From Octopus vulgaris (taxonomy: Eukaryota), in the NCBI GenBank assembly GCA_951406725.2, contig OX597819.1, positions 126,418,001-126,482,000 on the forward strand: a stretch of 64,000 nt of DNA, given 5' to 3'. Below are positions 1 to 13,084 of this stretch, piece after piece; the first letter of the stretch is position 1; each line of letters starts with the position of its first letter. Position numbers and translations under genes: made by a program. A model generated the notes under the pieces. It did no database searches and was not told the DNA's origin. It was given only the letters and a program-made list of their open reading frames with translations.

Positions 1-65
1 AATACAGACACAAAGATAGACACGCATACATACACAGACACATGCACACGCATATATATATATAT

Positions 66-119
<54 letters not shown>

Positions 120-203
120 ATAGATACATACATACATACATAAATACATAGATGAATAAATAGATAGATACATACATACATACATACATACATAGATGGA
201 TAA

Positions 204-279
<76 letters not shown>

Positions 280-972
280 CAAAGAGAGGGAGAGAGAGAG
301 AATGATACACATGAGCAAATAAAACCGCTTGCACTAGATATATAAAATATACATGCATATATACATGAAAAGAGAGAGAAAATAAAGATTGAAAATATTC
401 AGACGATGAGCACTCTTGCATAAATATAGTGATATTTGTATATTGACAGGACAAAACTTATACAAAATAGGAAGGCACGAGTATTTAAGGTGACAAGGTA
501 TGGCAATACACCTCCGACAGCCGTATCTCTGGTTTGTGACAAAATTTGAAACCAACTCTTCAGGACACCATGCGACGGTCGAGATCTGCACATCCATGTA
601 TACATCATTTACAAACATGCGCGTATATAAACATGCATATACGGACATAGTCATAAAGTTACACATGCATATACATGCACACTCAAACATATTCGTACGT
701 ATAGATATACATATATCTATATGTATAGATATATAGATGTACATATACTTATACACCCATGCACACCGGCATGCAGTTTTACGATCAAATGTAAGTTCCA
801 GATCCAACAATGGGAAGGTTCCAAGGGTTTACATAAGATAAGAACACAAATTGGTTAAAGGTATGCTACAGCTGCCTTGTACTCTGAGTTTTTTCTTTAG
901 ATATGATCTTTCGAGCAACAACAGAATTGTTACACGTATTTTCGTTTAGAATGTTTGTACAGTACATTCTTA

Positions 973-1024
<52 letters not shown>

Positions 1025-1253
1025 TACACATATATACTCATATATATGCATGTATGAGTATATATGCATATATATATACTTATGTACGTATATAAATATT
1101 GTGTATATACATATAGTAAAAAAGATTCAGCGTAAGAGAGAAGGAACATATATATGCATACAACGCATTTTATATATATAAATGCTAAAATGCCTCTTGA
1201 ATCACCTTCTTTCGGTACAGACATACACACACACACACACACGTGTGCACACA

Positions 1254-1294
<41 letters not shown>

Positions 1295-1399
1295 GGAGAG
1301 AGAATGGAAGAAAGAAAGAAAGAGCGTGTGTGTGTGTGTGTGTGTGAGTTAAGGGGAGGGAAAGGTATAGAAAACAAGTAGTTTTATGATGCAGATGGT

Positions 1400-1720
1400 A
1401 ATCTCGTGCGATGATCATCACAAGGAACAGTGAGACAAATAACAACAGCAACAAAGAAGTGACAAGAAAACTATTATAATGGCGACAAAGACAATATTAC
1501 TAACGGGGCTCACTACCGCAGGGCCGCAACAACAGTTACAGCAATTGAATACCAATCTGTTGTACTGAAGACCTACGCAAAAGAACTGTAATATGAAATG
1601 ATGAGGGTATTGTGGAGGCCATCACCCGCACCGACTCTTTCGTGAACAACTGCTGTTGTCCATCAAGAAGAGCAAAATTGTCATAGCATTGCAATTCAAA
1701 AATCAAATAACATCTTTATC
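1400..1720 (+). mobile_element. Possible decayed LTR-retrotransposon gag zinc-knuckle remnant
   Basis: Frameshifted GYCGGHHPH...CPSRRAK-CHS pattern resembles Gypsy gag knuckles; multiple stops. Confidence 0.22.
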
Positions 1721-1769
1721 AACCCTCAACCAAGTTTCCCTTCGCGACGGAGCTCCTCTCTTGCGCGCG

Positions 1770-1890
<121 letters not shown>

Positions 1891-1954
1891 ACAATCACAC
1901 ACACACAACCACACACAATCACACACACACACAACCACACACACACACACACAC

Positions 1955-2107
1955 ACATACGGATACATCAAACACACGGATTAATAGAGTGATATGTACA
2001 CACACACACAACACACACACATATACACAAAGAAAAATATACATACAAGAACACACATACACACACACATACGGATACATCAAACACACATATTATTAGA
2101 GTGATAT

Positions 2108-2147
<40 letters not shown>

Positions 2148-2300
2148 AAAGAAAAATATACATACAAGAACACACATACGCACACACACACACACACACA
2201 CACATACGGATACATCAAACACACAGATTGATAGAATGATATATACACACACACACACACACATACACAAAGAAAAATATACATACAAGAACACACATAC
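1955..2300 (+). repeat. Compound minisatellite, 3 units of about 110-135 bp built on CA tracts
   Basis: CATACGGATACATCAAACAC and AAAGAAAAATATACATACAAGAAC each occur three times. Confidence 0.85.
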
Positions 2301-2997
2301 ACACTCACATACACAGAGTAATCATATTCACACACGAACAGAAACACATGTACATACATACACACACACTAGTGCAAAAACAGAAATACTCACGCGTCCA
2401 ACATTTACACACAAAGTAAATACGAACACAGAACAAACACATACACAAAAATATAGCAATAAATCAAAACAAACACAAAAATGAATAAAAAAATTAACAA
2501 AAAGTAAAGCAAATAAACATACCTAATAAAAATGAAATACAACTAAAATCTTGGTTGCGCTATCTGGTGCTGGTATTGAACCCGTTTCATTGTTATTACT
2601 ATACTATTGGTGCTTCTGACCTATTACGGTGACATGTCACTTTGGATGCAAAAATGATGTCTTCTTTCCTTTTTGTCTTTTGACAGCGTAAGACATAATC
2701 ATCCATCATTTTCAACCCCATCCTCTCCGCCCTCTACTCTTTACATCACATCACATCAAACCACAGCACATCATCTTGTTATGACCTGCTCTTCCGCCTC
2801 GCCCATGCCAGAATCCACCCACCCGCACAACCGCAGAGTTGTATCGCTTCCATGTGTCAGAGCAAAGCTAAGCAGTTTCTAATTAGAAATTAGAAATGTG
2901 GATGATTCTTGAAACAATTTCCCAACACTGCTGCTGCCATAACCTTCAACTCACAATATTTTGTTCGGTTCCAGTATATATTTATTTATCTCAGTCC

Positions 2998-3232
2998 AAG
3001 GCGGCGAGCTGGTAGAGACGTTAGCACGTCGGGCGAGATGCTTAGCGGTATTTCGTCTACCGCTACGTTCTGAGTTCAAATTCCGCCGTGGTCGACTTTG
3101 CCTTTCATCCTTTCGGGGTCGATAAATTAAGTACCAGTTACGCAGTGGAGTCGATATAATCGACTTAATCCGTTTGTCTGTCCTTGTTTGTCCACTCTTT
3201 GTTTAGCCCCTTGTGGGTAATAAAGAAATAGG
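2998..3232 (+). mobile_element. SINE family A (tRNA head, GCCTTTCATCCTTTCGGGGTCGATAAA core), full length
   Basis: A-box-like TGGTAGAGACG and B-box GAGTTCAAATTCC; 18-bp TSD TATTTATTTATCTCAGTC at 2979-2996 and 3233-3250. Confidence 0.9.
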
Positions 3233-3346
3233 TATTTATTTATCTCAGTCATAGAACCACGGCCATGCTGGAGCTTCAAGAGTGTTCAGTGGAATACATT
3301 TATCGCTCTACTTTCTTTACGTTCTATTTTCATGAACCTTGGTTGA

Positions 3347-3388
3347 AGCTTAGGACAGAAAATGTCGACAAAATCGTTAGCATATATG

Positions 3389-3419
<31 letters not shown>

Positions 3420-3710
3420 ATATGTATGTGTGTGTATGTAATGGATGTATACATATATGTATGTATATTTGTGTGTGTGTGCATACACACACATACACAT
3501 GCAGATAGACATATACACATATATTACATACATGAAAGTGAAGTATATACATATATGAGTGTGTATGTATGTGTGTGTGTTGTGTGTTCGTATGCGTGCG
3601 CGTGTGTCTCTATACATATTAATGTTTATGTGTGTGCGTGCATGTGTGTGTCTGTGTGTGTGTGTGTGTACATACATATTATAAATGATTGATAGGAAAT
3701 ATAGAGTGTA
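3347..3710 (+). repeat. Local segmental duplication, copy 1 (copy 2 at 9511-10372)
   Basis: Shared unique anchors AAGCTTAGGACAGAAAATG, CATGAAAGTGAAGTATAT and ATTATAAATGATTGATAGG in the same order. Confidence 0.85.
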
Positions 3711-4837
3711 ACAATCCGATTTCACTTTAAAAGCTTGAGTGTAACCAACAAGTTGATAATTGTTTTTACTAGACTAATTAGAGGAAGAAAAATATCGCCA
3801 ATGGTACTTTTAAAGGGTTCTGAGATTGGTGGGAGATTAGTGAGAGTGAGAGAGGAGAAGGTTGTCTTTAGACCGAAGACGCGACCGAAATGCTTGTAAC
3901 AGAATGCACTCCGCTCAAGGCATCCAAGAACCAAATGATGTGAAATAGGAATATCAATTAAATCTACCACCTACGAATAATGATGACCGCTTTGGCGGGT
4001 TTACCCACAAATTCCGTGTCTAACAAGGCTTGAAGTTTTGATCGACGACCCTTGTTCTGTACGCTGCACAGTGCGATCGAACCTAAAATATATAGCAAAG
4101 CGGAAGACTTAATCACACAGCCGTACCTACTTTAAAAAAATAATAACCAAACATGTCACTCATAAGAGAGTAGGACCTGATATCTTGTACTAAGCTTTCA
4201 CAAGTCATTTAAGGTTTCTATGAAATCTCAGCCTTTCTACACTTGAGCTAGGGGATCATCGAGGATCTAACAGTTTGGAGAAAAGAAGGCTGCACCAGTA
4301 AACGGGTGGCGTTCACTTTCAGTTGGAGCCACATGAAATAATGAGCCTTGCTCAAGAACACCAAGCATGACACGGTCTCGGAGTTGAACCTTGTGATCTT
4401 GAGTCCAACATCCAAACTATTGAGCTACATTGGTGCACCCTTTAAAATTTAAGCACAAAATCATAAACATGGAAACCGAAAACAATTACATGAGTAATAA
4501 TGAATAATAATTATGATAGTTTGTGAAAAAAAAAAACCAGATTTTTAAAATAACCTTTGACAAATGAAACCCTTAAACGGGAAGATGGCTATCACAAAAG
4601 CTCACTGCGCTTAGGTTATGTAGAGCGGGTAGGCATCGATGTCTGTTGAACTGAATTTGAAGGCAACCGAACGACAGATGTTTGGTACACAGCGTTGAGA
4701 TAACTGATATTGAGAGGACAGCTAACTAATGGATGTCGTGACAGTACGACTGATCGTGCAACGTGAAAACAATATATAATAGGCGGTCGATATATCTATG
4801 TGTGTAGTACGTATCGTGTGTGTATGTCACAGACGAG

Positions 4838-4911
<74 letters not shown>

Positions 4912-5094
4912 TGTGGAGACTCATGGCTTAGTGGTTATGGTATTGGGCTCATGATCTTAAGATTGTGGTTTGGATTCTTGGTGATGCGTTGCAAAACACT
5001 TCCTTTCACGTTGCTCCTGTCTATTCAGCTGATTAAAATGAGCAATCTTGCGAGGGACCGGTGCCGCGTCCAGGGAAACCGAGAAACCGGCCCT

Positions 5095-5141
5095 ATGCTC
5101 CATTTACGGAGTGAATGGGGCCTGACCATATATACAGACAG

Positions 5142-5187
<46 letters not shown>

Positions 5188-5240
5188 ACACACATGCTCC
5201 ATTTACGGAGTGAATGTGGCCTGACCATGTATACAGACAG

Positions 5241-5277
<37 letters not shown>

Positions 5278-5330
5278 CTCCATTTACGGAGTGAATGTGG
5301 CCTGACCATGTATACAAACAGATAGACACA
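5095..5330 (+). repeat. Tandem triplication of a SINE 3' end, separated by variable (CA)n
   Basis: ATGCTCCATTTACGGAGTGAATG(G/T)GGCCTGACCAT occurs three times, following a decayed SINE at about 4912-5130. Confidence 0.85.
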
Positions 5331-5958
5331 CACACACACACACGCAGGACATACACACAGTGCATATCAAAACATTCATGTATAAGACGCATTGCCCCAC
5401 GCTCGCACACAACCTTATGTATAATACAGTAAATGAATGGATCTCCATCGGTTTCGACGACGATTATAAGTTGTTTAATGAATATGTAAAAAGTATCCGA
5501 GCAGAACTAGTGTAATATAGTGTATGTGAGACAAAGATGAATGTTTAAATGGTAGGAATGATTCATTTAACGGGTTTCAGTTCACATTCTCTCAATCCGA
5601 TTTCTCTTTAAAAGCTTGAGTGTAACCAACGATATTGTAAAAGACACTTTCTCCAAGATGCTACACAGTGGGATCGAAGCAGAGATGATTGTAAAGCTGA
5701 AATGTTAAACCATTCGGCCCAAAACAAACACGTAGGGACCAGTATACAAAAGAGCCAGAAACACTTTTGTGGCGACTTTGTTTAATAGAAAATAAGGAAA
5801 CAGATCTGCTTCAACTCAAAGACTGTCGTTTTAAAGAAATATGAAGGTATTTAAGACATTTGGGGTAAATGGTTGAAGGAAAAATTGTGGGACAGAATCG
5901 TAACCTCTGAAATATCTTCGATCTGTTAGGATTGACCTGGGGTTTAACAGCAACAACA

Positions 5959-6290
5959 GTGGAGGTGCAATGGCCCAGTAGTTAGGGCAGCGAACTCGCG
6001 GTCGGAGGATAGCGGTTTCGATTCCCAGACCGGGCGTTGTGTTTGTTTATTGAGCGAAAACACCTAAAGCTCCACGAGGCTCCGGCAGGTGGTGGTGGTG
6101 ACCCCTGTTGTACTCTTTCGCTCCAACTTTCTCTCACTCTTTCTTCCTGTTTCTTGTCCCCGACTTCCTACGCCACCGCTGAGCCTGGATGCGCATTCAT
6201 CCATCCGTCGATGCCCTTGGTGTCGGGGGTTGACCTGCTTTCTCTTCTGCGGGTCTTACGAATAGCAAAGGACCACATTTCGGACTTCTC
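5959..6290 (+). mobile_element. SINE family C, tail type 1
   Basis: tRNA-like head (TGGCCCAGTAG...GGTTTCGATTCC); TSD AACAGCAACAACA at 5946-5958 and 6291-6303. Confidence 0.87.
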
Positions 6291-6567
6291 AACAGCAACA
6301 ACAACAACAACAAACACAACAGCATATTACACACATGTTAACATGTATATACATGAGTGAGTCTTTACGTGGTCACTGTACTAGTGTTTATCGTTGGTTC
6401 TTCCTTGGTATTAGTACTTTATACTTTTGAAATTCCAGTTGTCGCTATGGATGTTTCCATCTTTTCGATATAGGAAAACATTTTAACAATAAAAAGAAAA
6501 TGGAGAATGCTTACACATTATTCAATATATTGATTATTCTGTGTATGCATTCTCCATTTTCTGTGTA

Positions 6568-6634
<67 letters not shown>

Positions 6635-6870
6635 TATAAGATTGTTAATTTAAAAATAAAATAACGATTTTATCAAGTGGTCAGCATGGAAAATTATCCA
6701 GTAATTTTTTACTAGTTTCATCTTGTCTCTTTGTTTTCTCTCCGTGTTGATATATGGACAATTATGGTGGTTTTAGAGTCAGATCATGGCTGCTATTTTC
6801 AGCATGGTGGTATCTCGTAGATACCCTAATTTATAATTTGATATATATGTCAGTCATATATATGGAGTCA

Positions 6871-7077
6871 GTCGCCATGATAGATCGTTAGCCACTACAC
6901 ACATTTTTTCTCTCTTTATTTCTCTCCTTGTTTTTTTTTCTGTGTCCCTTTCTGTAGAAGAGCGTAGGCTCGAAACATAAAATACTTTTTCTATTCCTGA
7001 GCGTTATACTAATACATCTGTTTGTTTTGTACACCACCTGTCTTCGTCTTTTGTTTCTTTCGTAAACTCTTCCTATA
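6871..7077 (+). mobile_element. Family P1 element with a hammerhead-like motif at 6948-6983
   Basis: CTTT-CTGTAGA-A-GAGC-GTAG-GCTC-GAA-ACAT-A; homologous to the copies at 21252, 22500 and 46400. Confidence 0.68.
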
Positions 7078-7277
7078 CTCTTTTTACTCTCTCTTTTACT
7101 TGTTTCAGTCATTTGACTGCGGCCATGCAGGAGCACCGCCTTTTAGTCGAGCAAATCGACCCCGGGACTTATTCTTTGTTAGCCCAGTACTTATTCTATC
7201 GGTCTCTTTTAGCCGAACCGCTAAGTGACGGGGACGTAAACACACCAGCATCGGTTGTCAAGCAATGCTAGGGGGAC

Positions 7278-7337
<60 letters not shown>

Positions 7338-7498
7338 CATATATATACATATACGACAGGCTTCTTTCAGTTTCCGTCTAGCAAATCCACTCACATTGGT
7401 CGGCCCGGGGCTCTAGCAGAAGACACTTGCCCAAGATTCCACGCAGTGGGACTGAACCCGGAACCATGTGGTTGGTTAGCAAGCTACTTACCACACAG
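7078..7498 (-). mobile_element. SINE family B (tRNA head, CORE-like ...TTGGGCAAGTG, internal TA/TG microsatellite, GTAAAAGA tail)
   Basis: Reverse-complement match to 13578-14028 and 24338-24744. Confidence 0.85.
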
Positions 7499-8151
7499 TA
7501 TATATATATAGTTGGTGATACGATGTCAAATGACGTACGGTAATAAGTTCACACAATTAGCGATCAGGTCGAATTTGTGCCTAAACTCCAATTGTAACTG
7601 TAGGGATGTGATAGCTGCCTGCATGAAAATCAGCTTTCGACAATGTTACTGATCGAGTAGGTTTGTGTGTATCAGAGCATAAGCATTGACAGGCGGACAA
7701 CAGGCATCAAGTCAGATTATGACATGTTTATGCAGCACAACGAGAAAAGACAAATACACGAAGAAGAGTATAAAGCAAGACGTCGGCAAGACTACCGAGT
7801 GTGGGAAGTTCTTCATAGTTGAAATGTTAACAAGTAGACTCCAGGATGAGGTAGAAAGGAAATTCATAGTGTTGTGACATAGTTTGGAATAACGTGCCAG
7901 CGTGAGGACATTTCGTGGTCATTCGATGTGCTGGAAATAGCAGCCGAATCTCCGTCAGCTCAAACTTCACCCGTTTAAAAAAAATGGATATATCGGAAAA
8001 TAGGGTACTCGTACACTACTCTTTTGAAAGGAAAGAAGAACCCCACCTGCCAAAAAAAAAAGATCGATAAAAATAAGATACTGGTTGATCGCTGCAAGAA
8101 TGACCAAGTTTGATCAGGTCCAACTTGGGTCAGTCATCAACAGCAACAACA

Positions 8152-8521
8152 GGAGGCGCAATGGCCCAGTGGTTAGAGCAGCGAACTCGCGGTCGGAGGA
8201 GCGCGGTTTCGATTCCTAGACCGGGCGTTGTGTGTGTTTATTGAGCGAAAACACCTAAAGCTCCACGAGTCTTCGGCAGGGGGTGGTGGCGACCCCTGTT
8301 GTACTTTTTCGCTCCAGCTTCTCTCACTCTTTCTTCCTGTTTCTTGTCCCCGACTTCCTACGCAACTGCTGAGCCTGGATGCGCATTCATCCGTCTGTCG
8401 ATGCTCTCGGTGTCGGGGGTTGACCTGCTTTCTCTTCTGCGGGTCTTACGAATAGCAAAGGACCACGTTTCGGACTTCTCCCACTAATGGGACGATGACC
8501 GCTTCGCTTAACAAACAAATA
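8152..8521 (+). mobile_element. SINE family C, tail type 1
   Basis: TSD AACAGCAACAACA at 8139-8151 and 8522-8534. Confidence 0.88.
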
Positions 8522-8832
8522 AACAGCAACAACAACGACAATAACAACAGTAAGGACAACAACAACAACAACCAATACTTTACTGTTTTACTGCTGCTTA
8601 CGACCGTAAATTTTAATCAACAACCGCCGTCTTCCTTCCGTTGTAATTATTCACGGTCAGTTGTACTAAGCAACGTACTGTATTGCTGTTGACAGCTTTA
8701 CTGGAAATGAGATGGGCAGTTCTCGAGGAGCAGGTCAATATTCTGTTGGCTCAGTCACCTGTAATACCACATAAATAAGCACACATATAGCATACGCATA
8801 CACCACACATCTTGACAACCAAAAGCATACTC

Positions 8833-8871
<39 letters not shown>

Positions 8872-8921
8872 ACCGAGAGTGTCTTATTCGAGATTTTACA
8901 AACAAAATGCAGAAATATATA

Positions 8922-9152
8922 CTTCTTCATTGCCCACAAGGGGTTAAACACAGAGGAGACAAACACGAACAGACAAACGGATTAAGTCGATTACATCGAC
9001 CTCTGTGCGAAACTGGTACTTTATTTATCGACTCCGAAAGGATGAAAGGCAAAGTCGACCTCGGCGGAATTTGAACTCAGAACGTAACGACAGACGAAAT
9101 ACCGCTAAGCATTTCGCCCGGCGCGCTAACGTTTCTGCCAGCTCGCCGCCTT
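8922..9152 (-). mobile_element. SINE family A
   Basis: Reverse-complement match to 2998-3232. Confidence 0.88.
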
Positions 9153-9295
9153 TATATAGACGTCACTAAAGTGGTTAAGGGCACTAGTCAGTACCAGTAT
9201 AGCTAGAAATAAGAGTCAAAACAACTCATAGCCACAAAAAAAGCACTTATCTTAATGACGAACAAAGAAGGCAAGTTTCCTCAGCATCCGGGCAT

Positions 9296-9344
9296 AGCCA
9301 GGTCACCAGTGATTTCGTATTTCTATTAATACTCATCAGTGGCT
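9296..9344 (-). ncRNA. Type I hammerhead ribozyme motif, near canonical
   Basis: Minus strand AGCCA-CTGATGA-GTATT-AATAGA-AATAC-GAAA-TCAC-TG-GTGA-C-C-TGGCT. All three stems pair; U16.1 is replaced by C. Confidence 0.7.
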
Positions 9345-9563
9345 CTCATCCGGCGCCTAAGGTTAAACTCAACTCGTCTTGTCAGTTTAAAAGATTGCCG
9401 CAGAAATCACACGCTGATTTCATAAATGGTGTACAAGTGTACAAGCGATAACATCAATAACATCAACCTTGAAGACATTTTGAATATAAAAGATATGAGC
9501 CGATGAGCAAAAGCTTAGGACAGAAAATGCCGTCAAAATCGTTAGCATATATGTATATATGTT

Positions 9564-9797
9564 AAGGCAGCGAGCTGGCAGAAACGTTAGCTCGCCGGGC
9601 GAAATGCTTAGCGGTATTTCGTCTGTCGTTACGTTTTGAGTTCAAATTCCGCCGAAGTCGACTTTACCTTTCATCCTTTCGGGGGTCGATAAATAAAGTA
9701 CCAGTTTCGCACTGGGGTCGATGTAATCGACTTAATCCTTATGTCTGTCCTTATTTGTCCCCTCTATGTTTAGCCCCTTGTGGGTAGTAAAGAAATA
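9564..9797 (+). mobile_element. SINE family A, inserted in a locally duplicated segment
   Basis: Matches family A; absent from the paralogous segment at about 3380-3400. Confidence 0.88.
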
Positions 9798-10108
9798 TAT
9801 ATGTATATATATGTGTGTGTGTGTTATATGCGCATGTGTGTACATATGTGTATGCATGTGTATGTAATGGATGTATACATATATGTATATTTGTGTGTGT
9901 GTGCATACACACACATACACACGCAGATAGAAATATACACATATATTACATACATGAAAGTGAAGTATATATATGCATATATGTGAGTATGTATGTGTGT
10001 GTTATGTGTTCGTATGCGTGCACGTGTGTCTCTATACATATTAATGTTTATGTATGTGCGTGCGTGTGTGTGAGTGAGTGTGTGTGTGTGTATATACATA
10101 TTATAAAT

Positions 10109-10338
10109 TTCCTTCCGGTCATTCAAAATGTGACCGCGTGTGTACCGTTGGCGATTTTTTTCCCTCTGTCTTCCCTTCTCTGGATCTTTCCTTTTCCTAT
10201 GTTTCCGACGAAGAGCTCCGCTCGAAACGTTAAGCCCCCCTTCTTTCCTTCTTTCCTGAGCGTCCAATAATACTATATTTGTTCCACGTCCTCGCGTTGT
10301 TGTGTTTTTTTATGCTTTCTTGTTTGGATTAACTTTAT
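10109..10338 (+). mobile_element. Short non-autonomous element with a minimal hammerhead-like motif (family P2; Penelope-like/retrozyme-type)
   Basis: Motif GTTT-CCGACGA-A-GAGC-TCC-GCTC-GAA-ACGT-T at 10201-10231; 11-bp TSD ATATTATAAAT at 10098-10108 and 10339-10349; empty paralogous site at about 3675-3687. Confidence 0.75.
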
Positions 10339-10390
10339 ATATTATAAATGATTGATAGGGAAAATAGAGTGTACTGTTAGCTTTATTTAG

Positions 10391-10484
10391 CACGACGATC
10401 ATTTCGGCTGCTTCCTGGTTGGTGGAGAATGATATAATGAAATCGAATGCACCCCACGGGGCAGAAGAAACCTCATCAGGTTAC
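10391..10484 (-). ncRNA. Type I hammerhead motif with a long stem II
   Basis: Minus strand AC-CTGATGA-GGTT.CTTCT...GGAAG.AGCC-GAAA-TGATCG-TC-GT, followed by AATAAA. Confidence 0.6.
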
Positions 10485-10830
10485 ATAACCCGTTACAGTG
10501 TTATAATATGGACATTTCGCTGTTGTATGTGACAAGATGAAGTTGTTAGGATGCGTGCGTTTATAGTAATTCACGAATCCATCAACGAGGCAGGATGGGA
10601 GTGGCAGGTGAAGAAAGCAGAAAATCAAATACAAAGAACAAATGGGAAAGTCAGAATGGCTTTTGAATTAAAAGCGCTCTAAAGTGTGTAGAGTTCTTTG
10701 ATGGCTGGTCATGCGTATCATTCGGGGGCAACGTGGTCTCAAAGCAGACTACTAGGGAGATACCCAAAACAAGGTTTGGATACTACATTTTGAAGTCCCC
10801 TAACTTTAATTTTAAATATAACCTATATAC

Positions 10831-10863
<33 letters not shown>

Positions 10864-10916
10864 TGTATGTATGTATGTGTGTGTATTTGTGTATGTATGT
10901 ATGTATCTCTTTCTCC

Positions 10917-10980
<64 letters not shown>

Positions 10981-10985
<5 letters not shown>

Positions 10986-11188
10986 TAATCCAAACAAGAA
11001 AACACAAAAAAAACACAACAACGCGAGGACGTGGAACAAATATAGTATTATTGGACGCTCAGGAAAGAAGGAAAGAAGGAGGGTTTAACGTTTCGAGCGG
11101 AGCTCTTCATCGGAAACATAGGAGAAGGAAAGATCCAGAGAAGGGAAGACAGAGGAAAAAAAATCGCCAACGGTACACACGAGGTCAC
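10981..11188 (-). mobile_element. Family P2 element with a hammerhead-like motif at 11083-11117
   Basis: Minus strand GTTT-CCGATGA-A-GAGC-TCC-GCTC-GAA-ACGT-T-AAAC; 3' end abuts (TA)n. Confidence 0.75.
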
Positions 11189-11577
11189 ATGCGTTCTGTA
11201 AGCTAGCAGTTCGGCAAACGAGTCCGATATGATACGTATCAGGATTTAAAACAATAAGTACTGGGGTCGATTTGTTCGATTAAACCCTCCAAGGCGGCTC
11301 CCATCATGGACGTAGTCCAATGACTGAGTCGTAAAAGAAAGAGAAAAGAAAATAATCAACTTTGTTCTATGTATCGAGTACTCTGGCCTTTCTCACTTAA
11401 AAACTTACACTCCATTAAACAAACTAACACTCACACACATGAATAGTATATTAGCTATAATCTCGGTTGCTATGCGGCGCCGAGCAAACATCTAAAGAAT
11501 TGATTCGCTTCTCACAAGACGTTGCATAAGTACAACAAACGAGAACTAATCAACGAACATTATTAATCCTCTGAAAT

Positions 11578-11815
11578 AAGGTGGCGAGCTGGCAGAAACG
11601 TTAGCGCGCCAGGCGAAATGCGTAGCCGTATTTCATCTGTCGTTACGTTCCGAGTTCAAATTTCGCCGAGGTCGACTTTGCCTTTCATCTTTTCGGGGTC
11701 GATAAATTAAGTACCAGTTACGCACTGGGGTCGATGTAGTCGACTTAATCCGTTTGTCTGTCCTTGTTTGTCCTCTCTGTGTTTAGCCCCTTGTTGGTAG
11801 TAAAGAAAAAGAAAT
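11578..11815 (+). mobile_element. SINE family A
   Basis: Full-length match to family A. Confidence 0.88.
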
Positions 11816-12356
11816 ATGTATGAGACTTTGTTTGGCTCAAATCCTTAGTTACTTCGAAAATATACGTACTTGAATCATAAAATATATAATTATGCAACTT
11901 ACCACCACTCCCTAGAATTACTGGCCTTGTGCAAAACTTTTAAGCATTTATTTCGACTGTATTATGCTAATACAGTTAATTGTGGTTATATAATCAGGTG
12001 TCTAGAGTGGCACAGTCGGTGACGCGCTGAGCAGTAATTAGTTTTGGTGATTAACAATTGGGTTTAAATCATGTCACTCAGCTTCGACATTGCATTTTAT
12101 ATTACCGTTGGTCTACTGCAAAATATTCATTATATTCCGTTCAATTGACTGCAGCTGTTCATACACATCGTCTGTGTATGTGTTTGTGTAGATACAATAT
12201 ATATTATGCAATAGAAATTTATACTAATTGACTGATGCATATATATATATATATTTACGGAGATGTACTTGCATAGCGAATGACTTGATCTGAGATAGTG
12301 TGCTGCAACGAAAACAATTGCAGCGTGGAAGCCATTTAAGAAACACACAAAAACCG

Positions 12357-12400
<44 letters not shown>

Positions 12401-13017
12401 GCATATAATATATATGTGTATGTATGTATGTGTCTATGTATATATATATATATATATATATATACATTGACACAGGCGTGGGTGTGTTGTAAGACGCTTG
12501 CTTCTCAACCTCATGGTTCCAGGTTCAGTCCCACTGCGCAGCACCTTGGGCAAGTGTCTTCTACTAGTCTTGGGTCGACCAAAGACTTGTCAGTATTTGG
12601 TAGACCGAAACTGACAGAAGCCCGTCGTAAACATATATATATATACGACAGAGCTAAAACATATCAAACTCTGTGTGTGTGTGTGTGTGTGTGTGCGTGT
12701 GAATGCTTATATAATGTCTTTCGTTATGCAAAGGTCTAACACAGAATCATGACTGATAATACAATTTCAAATCTTAGTAATAATAATTGAAAATAGAAGA
12801 TTATTCAATATTTCATGCGAAGAAAATTCAACTTCCGGCATGGTTTCTTTGTAGTTCACATGATGCCACTTAATTATAAAAAGTTGCATCGCTACATTTA
12901 TTAGGTTTCTCAGTACAAACCCTTATATGATTTCATTTCGTTACATACTCTTTTTGCAACATTATATATATATACACACACATACATTGATATATACATA
13001 CATGTATATACATATAT

Positions 13018-13084
<67 letters not shown>

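Noticed and set aside
505-570. Minus-strand CTGAAGA...GAGA...GTC hammerhead-like pattern
   Set aside because: Stem I and the GAAA junction do not fit well enough.
2998-3090. tRNA genes at the SINE heads (families A, B, C)
   Set aside because: A/B boxes are present, but each continues into a repeat body with TSDs and lacks a normal anticodon arm.
3722-3970. 82-aa minus-strand ORF in unique-looking DNA
   Set aside because: No splice or domain support; at most a faint LINE ORF2 linker remnant.
5095-5330. CRISPR-like array of ~35-bp repeats with spacers
   Set aside because: Spacers are (CA)n, the repeat is a SINE 3' end, the context is eukaryotic and there are no cas genes.
6037-6360. Recurrent ORFs with KHLKLHEAPAG or RPRKDERQSRPRRNLNSER peptides
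   Set aside because: Chance translations of SINE C and SINE A bodies.
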